From Syncephalis fuscata S228 (Eukaryota > Fungi > Zoopagomycota): a DNA stretch of 64,000 nucleotides. Position 1 is the stretch's first letter; every line of letters begins with the position of its first letter. Where the stretch lies: assembly GCA_025786725.1 (NCBI GenBank), contig JAHLTZ010000044.1, forward strand, positions 62,001-126,000, in the 5' to 3' direction. A model generated the notes under the pieces. It was not told the DNA's origin and ran no database searches. It saw only the letters and a list, made by a program, of their open reading frames with translations. Below, piece after piece: positions 44,374-56,700 of the stretch. The position numbers and the translations under genes are program-made.

Positions 44374-44673
44374 GTTTACTAGAGTGTCGTAGTCGTAGTC
44401 GTGGTGGTGGTGATAGTTGCGGACAAGCAGATAAGTAGATAAGCAGCACTGTTAGACAATCAATATGGAGTAGTATCAATACTATACTGGTAAAGAGAGA
44501 GAAAGCGAATGTTAAATAGGCCTGCGTAAGTAGTGTGGATATCACCCAACCGAACTGTTTTGCGTGGGTCTGTGTCTGTGTTTCACATAAACATCTTGGG
44601 GTATAAAAATAAAGACCGACGACACTAAAGATCACGTTACTATAGCCCGTGTTCATCACCTTTCTTCTTTACT

Positions 44674-46300
44674 ATGGCTTCAATAGCTGACGAGGTACCT
44701 TCGCGACGATACAGTTCAAACAAGCGACCACGCTCACCTGAAGCGAATAGGACAGTATGGGCAGTGGTTGGCTATGAAGCAAAACTATTTCGCCAACCGG
44801 CCTTAAATTTAGGCGAATTCTACAACCTTGGCGTGATCAGGGCGTGTTATTGGACCGGTAGGGCAGCTGCGGAAGTATAAGTCCATAAGCGTATGAGTCA
44901 TATAAGCATGTGCAGCTAAATGTCGGCATTAAGGTATGACGCACGTAATTTACTGGACGAAAAGCAGCTGGACGCGGCCAAATACAACAAAAGGCATGGT
45001 GGGCCAACTGAGGCCATTCAACTGCAAGAACAGGCACTGGACCGTGAAAGATATCATGACCTCGACTCAGAAGAAGAGTCGTTGTTTGGCATGGAAGAAG
45101 AGGAGCGGGACATGTATGTGGGTAGGTGCTTGCAAATATAATGGCTGGTTAGTGGCCAAGCAATACTATAACACATCATGTATAGAGGAAAAGAGAAAGC
45201 GGCGAAAACTAGCGATGGAAGGCAAGGAATTTTATTACAACTACGAAGAACAATCGGGAAAAACAAGCCATGGTAATAGAAATAGAATAAGCGAATAGCA
45301 TAATAGCTTATTGTTATGGAATAGATGAAATAGTGACCAAATCAGATTATACTGATAATAATAGACAGTCGATCAATGTTGTACCATTGACAAGGCTCAA
45401 GACGGATACTTTTACACCTCCATTTAGTATTCCAGAAGGAATGGTTGTTGTAGGTGCATTATATGGCTAGTTATGTAACAACGGCTTATTCGTAAATGTC
45501 TCATAGCCTGAGACGAAACGCCATGCCGAGATTATTGAGCGTACGGCACGCTATCTGAATAGCAGTACTGATCCACAGTTAGAAATTTTAATTAAGGCTA
45601 AACAGGCACATAACCGTGACTTTGCATTTCTTGACTCACGACACTATCTTCATGAATATTACAAACACGTGCGATGGATTATAACGAGTGGTCTTGGTGA
45701 TTATGCTTCAAGCGACGATGAAGCGTCGGACGATGATAGTAACATTGATATGCCGTAAGTGTTTATTTTCTACCATCTAATTATTCAATAAACTTGTAAA
45801 ATTATTAGATCTGATAATGAATTAAAGCAATTTATTGATCGTATGGCTGAATTCATTGCCCAAAATGGTGATGAATTTGAAGGGCAAATTCGGGCCAATC
45901 ATTCAGATCCATCTAAATTAGCATTTATGGATAAAGGTGCCACTTATCAAAAATATTATAGATTTAAAGTAAAAACATTACGAACAAATAAGCAATCAGA
46001 GACAGAGAACGATACAAATCGTTGCCAGTTCAGATGAATCAATGGTTGAACAAGAAGATAAAGAAGAGACGGAAGATGAGAAGATAAAAGAAGAACCAAT
46101 GACAATGCCTTTATCGTCGTCGCGTAAGTTTTAATTCATATATTTATTGTAAATTTATATATGTTTATTAATCAATTTTATAAATAATAGCAATACCCGA
46201 TGACATGGAACAAAAACGTGCAGAACGACTAGCTAAAGCACGAGCATGGCTAGCAAGGAAAAAGAATGTTGATAATGAGGATATGACAACAACAATATAA
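44674..46300 (+). CDS. SFSWAP: Suppressor-of-white-apricot-like splicing factor (DRY_EERY domain + 2 SURP domains)
   Basis: VVGYEAKLFR, RYDARNLLD, LDRERYHDL; SURP1 AEIIERTARYL...LEILIKAKQAHNRDFAFL...HEYYKH; SURP2 FIDRMAEFIAQNGDEFE...YYRFKV. Confidence 0.85.
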
Positions 46301-47317
46301 CCATAATATTAATATTTTGTGTTAATAAAAACAAATATTAAATTTGTAATAATCTTTTTATAGTTTACTTTATAAGTTATTTATAAATTACTCAATATAA
46401 TTTGGTGGTCAAATGATTTTATGATAAAACAATAACGGCATCCATAGTCAAATACGATGCTTTATTATCAAAATGATGCTATACAACGACTCATAGCTAA
46501 TTCTAGCAAACAATTGTTGGCAATAACACTTGTGTTAGCAGTTAGTAGTACGATCCTATAAATGAATAACTTATTCCTGTAAACCAAACTGCAATATCAA
46601 AAATGCACTTACAGATAATCGTTGCATGTATAAAGCGCATTGCAGCTATTGGTGCACACACTTCAAGTTACCATGTCAATGCGCTTTGTTGCTTTACACT
46701 TTGCACTGATAATATGTCCTATACAATATAGCATGATTGGCATTGCATGGTCACAAGTTTACATGCCTATGCAATAAATACAAATTACTAGTGACATCAT
46801 CATTGTTTCTGCCAAATAAACAATATTCTCATACGAATAGCAACACATATATAATACACATGGCCATTATGCCACTAAGACACTTTACTAGCTGTGTTTA
46901 TTTGTTCGTATGAGCTATCATATGAATATTTGCTGTGTATATATGACACTTTGCCTGATATTATCCCCTTCCTTTTTTAATTTTAGTACATATTAAACAA
47001 ACTGTGGCATCATTATCTAATTTGTGCCAATCACGCATTGTTTTTTATTTTACCTGCTTGTTCCAATAAATCAATATTACCATGAGGCTTTCTATTGTCG
47101 CTTGTTAGTATAACTGGGCAAAATGGCACTATTAGCTAGGCAGAAATATTAACATTATACTTGTGCACATGTGCAGCATTAGACACCAAAATAGACTGAT
47201 GTATCTATAACAATGTTATAATTCAAACATGAATTTCATATGCAAACATTATAATTATATATTTATTATAAAATCATTATTTAATACGTATATATCATCT
47301 ATTTGTCTATATCATTT

Positions 47318-48200
47318 TATCGTTTACCGATTATACGTTATTAATAAAAGCTGTCTGCTTATTGCCAACTGTATTTGTCATATTGATTCATACTATTTAT
47401 TTCATTTACTCAATCGCATACATGATAGTTTTACCATTATCATTCATGTAGTTTCTTTTGTCTATTTGTTTGGCTATTTATTATTATATGTTGCCAAAAT
47501 CACTTTGTGCTTTGATATGTTACAGATTGTCATTGCAAATTGTACTGGCAATAGCTTTTACAGTCTTTATAGTAGCAGATCGCACTGCCGCTGTTGAGAT
47601 TGCAAAGCTATTACCGGATGACCTACAATGGCGATCTATAGTAAAAGCAAAGTATAAAACGACATTTCACAGCATGTATTCGCCATAATATAAAAACAAG
47701 CCAGAAATGCACTTATCGTGTGATAAAGTTGCCAATACTAATTATCAAAGTGCTGCTGATTATTTGTAAAAAGATAAGATTAAAGAGCAATACAAGGACG
47801 TGGTGTAGAAGGTGTTGCTAGTCAACTAATAGTCAGCCAACTACTGACACCAACTAAGTAGCATATATGCTATCAAGTGTGCAGAAAGGGAAAAGAAAGG
47901 TGATGACGTAGATTATGAGTTGGAACCTGTCAGTCAATATTTATAGAAACGTGAATTATTTATTAACAAGCAGCATGTGAATAATAAAAGCAATCTACCC
48001 AACATGTCGGTACGTCACAGAACAATGTTAACAGTGAATAAATAAATGTATTAAAATAAATGCCATTTTACCACCAAAGCTATTCATTAGTTTATTGATG
48101 TAAAATAATAAATTTATTAAAAACTAATTAAAAGAACAAAGTTATTTTGCCATAAAAAATAAGTCATTGTTATAGAACATGTTCATTAATAAAATTAGAA
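47318..48200 (-). repeat. Dispersed repeat family 1, subfamily B copy 2
   Basis: 47318-48121 is near-identical to 35495-36305 and continues into an AT-rich subrepeat like 28235-28290. Confidence 0.95.
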
Positions 48201-48353
48201 AGCGTAATAAAACTAATGCTACTTTATACCAAGTGTTATTTATAGAGAAAAAAAACCATATTATTTTTATAAAAATGTTTTATAAAGCCGTACATAGAAT
48301 TTCATGACCGAATCTTGTCTAGTCATTTCAGATAATAGCGTAGGATCTGTTGC

Positions 48354-50258
48354 CTATGTCATATTTTCCAATTCAGTGTTTTCGACAAGAAGTAAAGCGT
48401 CTTTTTTAGCCTTTTTAACGTCGACGGTCCAGGTTAGAATGACGGGCATGATAAGCATAACCAGTAATAGATAGAAGGCGTAGCGCAGTTCGCCTGTAGC
48501 ATCGGAAATTGCTGCCGTAGCAAGTGGGCCGATCCAAGCGGCACCCTTATCTGTAATCTCGTATAGACTAAAGAATTCGTTTTCGCGACCAGGTGGCAAT
48601 AAATCCGAAAACATAACTCGAGCATAACTTTGAACAGCACCTAACAAAAGACCGCTGACCACCGACATAACCCAGATTTCTGGTTGATATTTAAGACCAA
48701 ATGGTGCAAAGAAACCAAGTAGGCCGTAGATGGGCAAAAGCGAGTACAACGAACAAATAATAATAATCATTTGTCGCGTTGTAAGATTAAGACGGCGCTG
48801 AATAAAGAGCCACAGGTAAACGCCGGCTGCGGCAGAAATTGGTACTATAACTGCAGCAATAATAAGCTGAACTTGAGACATGCCAAGCTTTGTTTTGGCA
48901 AAGATAACTGCCACCGATGTAATGGTACCAACACCATCTGACAACATAAACCAGGCTAAAAGGAAACGGAAGGTATGGAGAAGCTTGCGTACTTGTCGAA
49001 CTGTGCTAAACACTATATAGTTATGACAGTAAGTTACTATATTACATAGCTAGATCATTGTAATACTTGCATTTCTTCCATGAGTAGGTAAAGTAATTCT
49101 CACCAGCAGGTAGTGGTGGAGAAGGACGAGGTGGCAATAGACGGTGGCCGATAAAGCCGGCAATAAGCCACCAGAAACAGGTTAGCGCACCACCAATATG
49201 CATACTAAAATACAGTTAGTATGCTATATTAATGAAAGTAGATGTACAGGCAATAACTTACGCATAATTAGGATCTGGATAAAACCATACAATAACAGCG
49301 CTGATAATAAGCATAGTTACACCGGCAGCATAGCCAATGGCCATGCCATTACCACTAATGCTATTACTAGTAACTGTCGTCACCTTTGTGATTTCAGCTT
49401 CATCGCCAGTCTTTTCTGCGGCAATAACATTTGGATGGAAGCGCGTCAGCGTGGGAATGTACGCATATAGAAAAACGAGGGATGCCCCAAACGAGATATT
49501 GCCAAGGCCAGTAATCACTGCAGCGCCTAGAAATGCCTTGGGTGTTGTAATAGTCAACATCATAATGCCAACAATGGCACCGACAACATTAAAAAATAGC
49601 AAAAAGGTTTTGCGCCAGTCTAAATACAAGTTAATGGGATTAGCATAGTTAACGGTATAATTATTCATATAAACCACTTACTGCCATGATCGGCCAATGC
49701 ACCCAGACTAACAAACAGAAAAGCCTGAACAATGACAGCAAAACTGGATACGTAAAGTGGGAAACTTGCTGTATTGACCCAGGCATCGCCAATCTGTACG
49801 ACACACTTGTAGTCGGTAATTGTTGTGTCGCACGGCACGGTTCTATCCTCCATTTTGAAGCCATTTTTAGCGGCAAGTGTCTCGAGGATAATTGGCAAAA
49901 ATACCGACATCAATACGACCGAGTAAGGCTCGCTCTATCAGTTGTAGAATGAATAAAGTAACAATAAGTTAGCACTATTAACACGAACAGGTATAGAGAG
50001 TACATAAGGGTTTATTTAATAACTTACCGCAGCCGAGTACATGTAAAAGCCCCAAAGCTCACGTTTAGTCACTGGTCGAAGGGACATATCGACTTGTTCG
50101 GCCGTCATGTTTAGCTTTTTCGCGGCCAATTCGGCACTGGCTAGTGTCGAGACTTCTTTCATAACAAGTGTTGTTTCGTCATTTGCACTTTGGTCACTCT
50201 TTGATAGGTCAGTATCCACGTCGTTCGACATGGTGTCCAGCTGGTAGGGTGGACTCAT
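48354..50258 (-). CDS. ATG22: Atg22-family vacuolar amino-acid effluxer (MFS), spliced
   Basis: VTKRELWGFYMY, VNTASFPLY, QAFLFVSLGALADHG, FGASLVFLYAYIPTLTR, FLLAWFMLSDG, QSYARVMFSDLLPPGRENEFFSLYEITDKGAAWIGP. Confidence 0.93.
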
Positions 50259-51510
50259 AGCTGGTTAAGCAAATAAATCAAGGTTTGAGTATAGCAGCTA
50301 GTAGAAAATCACCAAATACTATAGTAAAAGTGCACTTAAATAGTGGCTCTTTAATGGTGTATTGCAGCAAACAGAAAGTATATCAATAGCCACAGTGAAA
50401 AGTGTAGCTATTTTATAGCACGTTTACCAGAAAGAATAACTCGTTATTGTTTTAGCAAATTAAGAGTAATAGTCGTAAAGAGAACTCGTGACAAAGAATG
50501 GTAGAGTGATATTGATGCAGTGTAAGCATCGACGATAAGGAGAGAAAAGCAACAAGGAGCGAAAATAGTGCCAAGTAGAAACACGAAGCTTTTTAATCGC
50601 AGTTTGAAGCTGGGGACCAAAAAAGCAATGCCCCACTTTAGCAGCAATAATCCAATTGTATGATGTGGTTGGCTATAGTGGTGATGGGGTAATTGCCACT
50701 GTGCGATAATGAGGAGGGGAACAGGTATGTGCGAGGATAAAGAATAGTAGTAGCGACTGCGAATGGGTCGGGACAAGCAAAAGAGGGACCGGCACGGTTA
50801 GAAATAAAAGCGGAAGTGGAAGAAGAAAAGAAGGATTTGTTTGGTTTGTAGTGCCAATAATAGCCGTGGTAGCAACAGTAGTGGTAGCGTGTAAAGTAAC
50901 GCACTACACATTGCGGTTCTATTTGTAACATCCTTCACACTGTACTCCAGATTTGTGATTGGGCCTCGTTCTTTTTACTATGGTCAGTATACATTAACAC
51001 AAATTGGCGACGATTTACTACTATGGCCGTTACCACTTGTGAGACTGACTACACCATCGGTGTATTACTTGTTCGACACCTGGCGTCGGACACTGGCACA
51101 AACTAGGCAGTGGCCACGTGATGTCGCTGTTTTGGAAGAGGCAATTGGCCAAAAGATGGGGATCAGTCTGAAAATGTAACAAACGTGGTGCTAAGCATTG
51201 TTTAGAAAACACGACTAGATACATAAGGCCGATAGTTATGAAGCGAAAGGCTGTAATAATAATGCTGTTGCGCATAAATGACGATAGGGCCTATGAAAAG
51301 GCACATAGTTTAATAAAATACATATTGTAATTCGTGTTATTGTGACTGCAATGTATTAATGTAAAATAAATTTATTTTTATCACTGATCACAAAGATGCA
51401 CATCACTGCTGCTGTGTATGGCAACACCGCCAATGATATGTCGGCTAGTTAACGAGCCGCTATCCAACCGGTGTAGACTAATAGTAATGATAAATAGCAT
51501 GGCTTGTTTC

Positions 51511-52731
51511 TTAGACACGCTCGGCGGGCATCGTTGTTTCAAATGTATTTGGACCAGCGACCGGTTTTTGATAATGGTAAAATTGCCAGAAAATCTATTT
51601 CAAAATTAAGTCTATTTAGAACGTGTGCTGTGTGTGTGTGTGTGTGCCACTCGTTAGTGCCACTTACCACAAAATCAAAAAACAGTGTTCCACCACTAAA
51701 GAGGTAAGATGAATTGAGTGTTAGATATTTGTTTAAGCTAAATCACCTGGTTCTACTCTGCCCCTCCTTACCTTCCAATGAGCCAGGGTAGGTTAATAAG
51801 CAGATAGGTGTAATCCAGAGAATAGAAAAAGATCGACTATGAGCATTATTATTATTATACAGGCCAAGGATGGCATAAGGCAACGTTTAGACTAGTGACA
51901 AGCCAAATGGTATGACAGCTAACTTACCGCACAATAGGTGATATTGCCAAGCACACAGTAGATAAACATGAGCATTGATAGTCCTTCGCATGACTTGTTA
52001 CGAAAGTTTAGTATAATTTGGGGAATGCGTGCGCCCACTAAATAAAACAAAATAATAGTAAAATGTTAAATCCATAATAATAAATACTATTTTTTTAAAT
52101 ACCATAACAAATGGCCGAGATGTAGCCAAAAACTTGAGGCCATAGCTGAATTGTACCATAATCGCGGTGGGGTCGGTTTTGTTGTGCATCTACGCTTATC
52201 CAACGGTGAACAAGCCCAATGGCTATTATGCTGAGCACGGGTAAAATACAATACAAAACAGTTTTTCGTAAACGATTATGGCCATTGCTGGCCTGTGGCT
52301 CGTCTTGTACCAGTCTAGCTGTAGTAGCCTCGGTCAATAAAAGCGTGTGTTCATTTGCATTTTTTTGCAGCAAAACACGCTCGTCATACTGAGATGAAGA
52401 GGACGCGTCTCGATTGCGATAATAAAACATTTGCCATAGCAATGCCACGTCGGCCAGCGTATAATAGATCGCCAGGAGTAGCATGGTGAAAAGTAGATTC
52501 TGCAATACTACACCCACTAGATTAAATAAATCGCCAACAATCCAGATAAGAATAAAGTGCAACGATAGCGAGTCACTTGATTTCCGTTTCCAATTCTCGT
52601 ATAATTGTCTAGTAACTAGAGTTATATGATGAAAAGGCTGTTATCAGTATTACTTACGGCGCAAATACAACAATCCAGCAAGCAATCGACAAATAGCCAG
52701 TGATGGCCGATATAAATTGCATATCTATCAT
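51511..52731 (-). CDS. PQ-loop vacuolar/lysosomal cationic amino-acid transporter (Ypq/PQLC2-like), spliced
   Basis: GYLSIACWIVVFAP|QLYENWKRKSSDSLSLHFILIWIVGDLFNL; second loop FGYISAICY|VGARIPQIILNFRNKSCEGLSMLMF...GNITY; NLPWLIGSGGTLFFD. Confidence 0.92.
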
Positions 52732-53299
52732 ATTCACAGAACTATTGACGGATACTCTACTGTTTTATAAACTGTGCTTTTTCTTTTTCTCTTTAACCAC
52801 ACTTGTATATAGCCAAATTACAACCGTTGGAATTGCGCGAAAGGAGAATACAAGAGAAAAACAACACAAAAAAGGCAGGTTGAAAAGAAAAGCGTGTGGA
52901 CGAATCAGCGTTGATCAAAGTCGCGGCACATGAGTTCCATGAGAACAGATGCTGAAACATCCATCTTATCAGTATCGATAGATTGATTATAGTAGATGAG
53001 CCAATGGCTCGGTGCTTCACCATTTAAAGCGTCGACGATACTTACCATTTAAGCCAGACTTGCTGCCACGTCTTTACATGGACTGGCTTAGAAACAGTAT
53101 CAGCAATCTATTTAGTTGATTGGCTTATTTATGCCAGTATATTACATTAATAGCTATATATTGCGTACCATATATTTTAGCTTTTAATTCTAAGATTGTG
53201 GCCTTAAAGCTTATTAATTAATTAAAATGTTTCTATCACATAACATGTTGTATACCATTAAACATTTCTATACAATTTAATTTAATTTATTAAAATTTG

Positions 53300-53520
53300 A
53301 AATGACTTGAGGAGCCAAATGACTACATTTAATAACATTCGCGCAATTAAACTAAACATTTGTTCTATTGAACATGATAATGGGTGGTGAATGACATCAT
53401 CCATCCAAGTCAACATCGTCATAGATTTATCATCATTGTAGATTCACTATCCAGCATGCATATACTCTCTATTCACCTATATCATTCCCATTCTATCTCA
53501 CACCATTACTAATACTATTT
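53300..53520 (-). repeat. Dispersed repeat family 2 copy
   Basis: Reverse-complement match to 31850-32045. Confidence 0.85.
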
Positions 53521-53791
53521 TATTATTTTTTATACAACTAGAATCGCTATCGAGCACTTGGCTTTCTCTTTGTTATCGCTCTCGCAATTATTCTAGCACA
53601 TGCCACAACTAGAAAGGGAAATCTATTTTACGCATACTAGTTTTCTTTTGCGTTTAATCGTGTTTAATCAACATAATAAATCAAATGGCAAGTACAATAT
53701 TTAATAATAGCGCAGTCATAATAAATGTAAATGTATAAATCAGAGAAAAATGAAAGTGAAATTAAGCAGTAACAAACATTAGGACTGCTGT

Positions 53792-56700
53792 TTAGCTTAG
53801 ACGCTGGCAGTAACTGGCGGGAAACCACCCAATACCGCCAGTATCAAGATCTTTTCCATACCACCAATCACCTTCTTCGTCTAAACTGATCACGCCAATG
53901 GTCGACCCTACTGAACTTAGCGGTAGCTCACCCGGTGTATCATTGGCCGGTGTGTATGGATATAGACTAAGACAAATGAATAGATAACGGGCCGTTGGTT
54001 CGGCTTGATCCTCGCTAATACATACATCGGCACTAACACTCGATGATAGTTTTGAGTGACCAAGCTTTTGATCGCTGGATGCAGTAGATGGTTCGTTGTC
54101 CGCTTGTTGTGGCATCGTTTCTATATTTTGTAATTGACGGGCTATAGTATCATTAGCATTATCAATATTATTATTAATGTTAGCAATCAATAGTCAATAT
54201 GAATGTTGGCTATTACCTAATACACCATTAGGTGCTAGACCGGGTAAGGATCCATGTGATACTATACCAATAATGGTTATTACATTATAAATGACTATTT
54301 GGACCTGATCTCACCTGATCGGCGTAATCCTTTCATTTTACGACGTATTGCTGTTGCCTGTACTGATGGATCAATAACATCACCAGGTAAATCCTCCGAG
54401 TGTCGTGTGATATTCGATTCACGCGATAGCTGTTCTATTATACTAGGCGGCTTGGACGAGTAATTGGCTATTGATATATACACATTCGTTAATTATAATA
54501 CATAATTACCTATGCTGCTACTTACATTGACGCGCACTGATGTTTTGTAGTGAATCGTCGCCGATTGAAGTAGTAGCGCCTACCGCTAAAGAGTAGTTAC
54601 AAAGAATTAGTGCAATTCTAAAACGTATCGCCCATCTAGTCTACTTACTAAGATCACGCCAAGATCCATTAACTACGCTAAGCTCCATCAAAAGTGTTGT
54701 AAAACCAAATTCACCTTCCATAGCATTTTGGTGATCGGCCACGACATCTTTTATGTCACCACGACAGAACCCTTTAGCTTTTAGCTGTTCAAATGTATCC
54801 TTTGATTCTTCATTCAGTCGTCGATAGGTATCAGCTTGTAGTTTGGCCAGATCAAGGGCAATTAAGTTAAATATACGACCAGTACATTGGAAAAACAGCG
54901 GCAGCTCCTCAATAAGCTGAGCATTAATAGCCACGTAAGTATTGGCCGATGCTTGGGTCATACGATCGGGCTAATCAATCCTAACATTAGCATCCAAATT
55001 GATATCAATCATAGCCAACACATTTACCTTATCATTACGCTGTTTCATATCTCGAACTCGATCATAATCAATCAGTTTCTTGGACCGTTTAGTAATCACC
55101 GCATGTGGTCCTTTATACAGTTCAAGTAACCGTTCAATAGGCTCCCGCACCAATAAACGTACATCACGTTGCTATTCATTCACAAGTAAGCTTTGCATGT
55201 TACAGTTCGTATTTACTACTTACCGCATTTTGCCATGTTTCTGTAGCAATTCGAGCCATACACGCTCTATAAGCAAGAATCTGTTTACCGTGGCTTATTT
55301 TCCACAATGGATCCCGCGACACTAAATAGATATCTTCAAATGATGTGGCCTGGATACGCTGCCATTCAAAGTAGGCTACATAAAGTGTATTATTAGTAAT
55401 GGCACGCGTACAAATAATATAGCTATTAACCTACTTCTTAAATTCTGTACCCAAGATTCAGCATCTTCTAAGAATACACGAATCAATCGTTGTTGCAATA
55501 GGAACCGTTCATATAATTCATTAAATTGTTCATCAACCTAATATATATTCAATTAGCCAATAACAGATATACTAATCAATAATGACGTACAGATTCATCC
55601 AATCGACCGGCTCGTTGTAATAGTTTACGTGTATTACGATTAAATCGTTTTTGAAGACCATGTCTATAGTAAATAGTAAACATATTAATACAAAATACCA
55701 ATTTAACTTTAACTACTTACCGAATCTAAGTAAATAAATAAATTAATACAATACAATACAATACATCAAATGATCATTATTTATAAGTAATAATTAATAA
55801 AATAATACACTTTTACTTACATCAACACTACGCTTCCTACCACCTACAATACCTTCAACCACTTCTTTTCTTCGTTTTACTTCATTAATACGATCAGCCA
55901 TATTTTGTAATTCGCCACTTAATCGAAGCAATTGTCGATGATCTGAATGTTCTGCATCCGTATGTTTAAGAATTTCCTATAATGACGTATTAATAAACAT
56001 CTATAGTCGATTGACTATCATTATTTACCTGAATAAGTAATGGATACTTTAATACACGTTGTACCGGTTTAATCAACAATGATCCCAAATCCCAACTTGT
56101 CGTCTTTCCGGCCAATTGTTCTTTACAGCTCTATATCATTTACTAATATATTAATATATAAATATAAATATTATTACAAATAACTTACCATAAAGAACTT
56201 CATGTATTGTGATTGCGATTCTAAATCCTGTAAACGTTCCATGGCCGCATCAAATCGTTTACAATAATCTGCATAAACATATTCCATCCGTTTAAGCTAT
56301 AAAAATAAATATGATTATCCATAATTAATATATAGATATAGATATATACATTAATATTCACTTACTTGATTTAAAAATATACTACCTATGTTGCCACCAT
56401 CATTGATCTTTTCTGATTTAGTAGGCATTTTAAATATAAATGTTTTACCATCATTTTTAGCCATCATTTTACTCGCTTCAGCCAATTCTTTAAGAAATAT
56501 ATCGGCATGTTCTTTAACGTGTTCGATATTAGTGAATAGCACTCGAATATCCAATGGTCTAAATAGCGGTGACACTTTAGCCGCCTCGTAATAGACGTCG
56601 ATAAGTACGGCCAGATCACTGGCAAATGCTGCCTCGGTGTTAACGAGTTCCGACACGACCATTCTACGCCGTTCAGCCGCCTCGGCCAACTCTAGGGCAA

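Noticed and set aside
35495-48121. LTR retrotransposon interpretation of the direct repeats
   Set aside because: No TG...CA ends, PBS/PPT or gag-pol, and the interior holds ordinary host genes.
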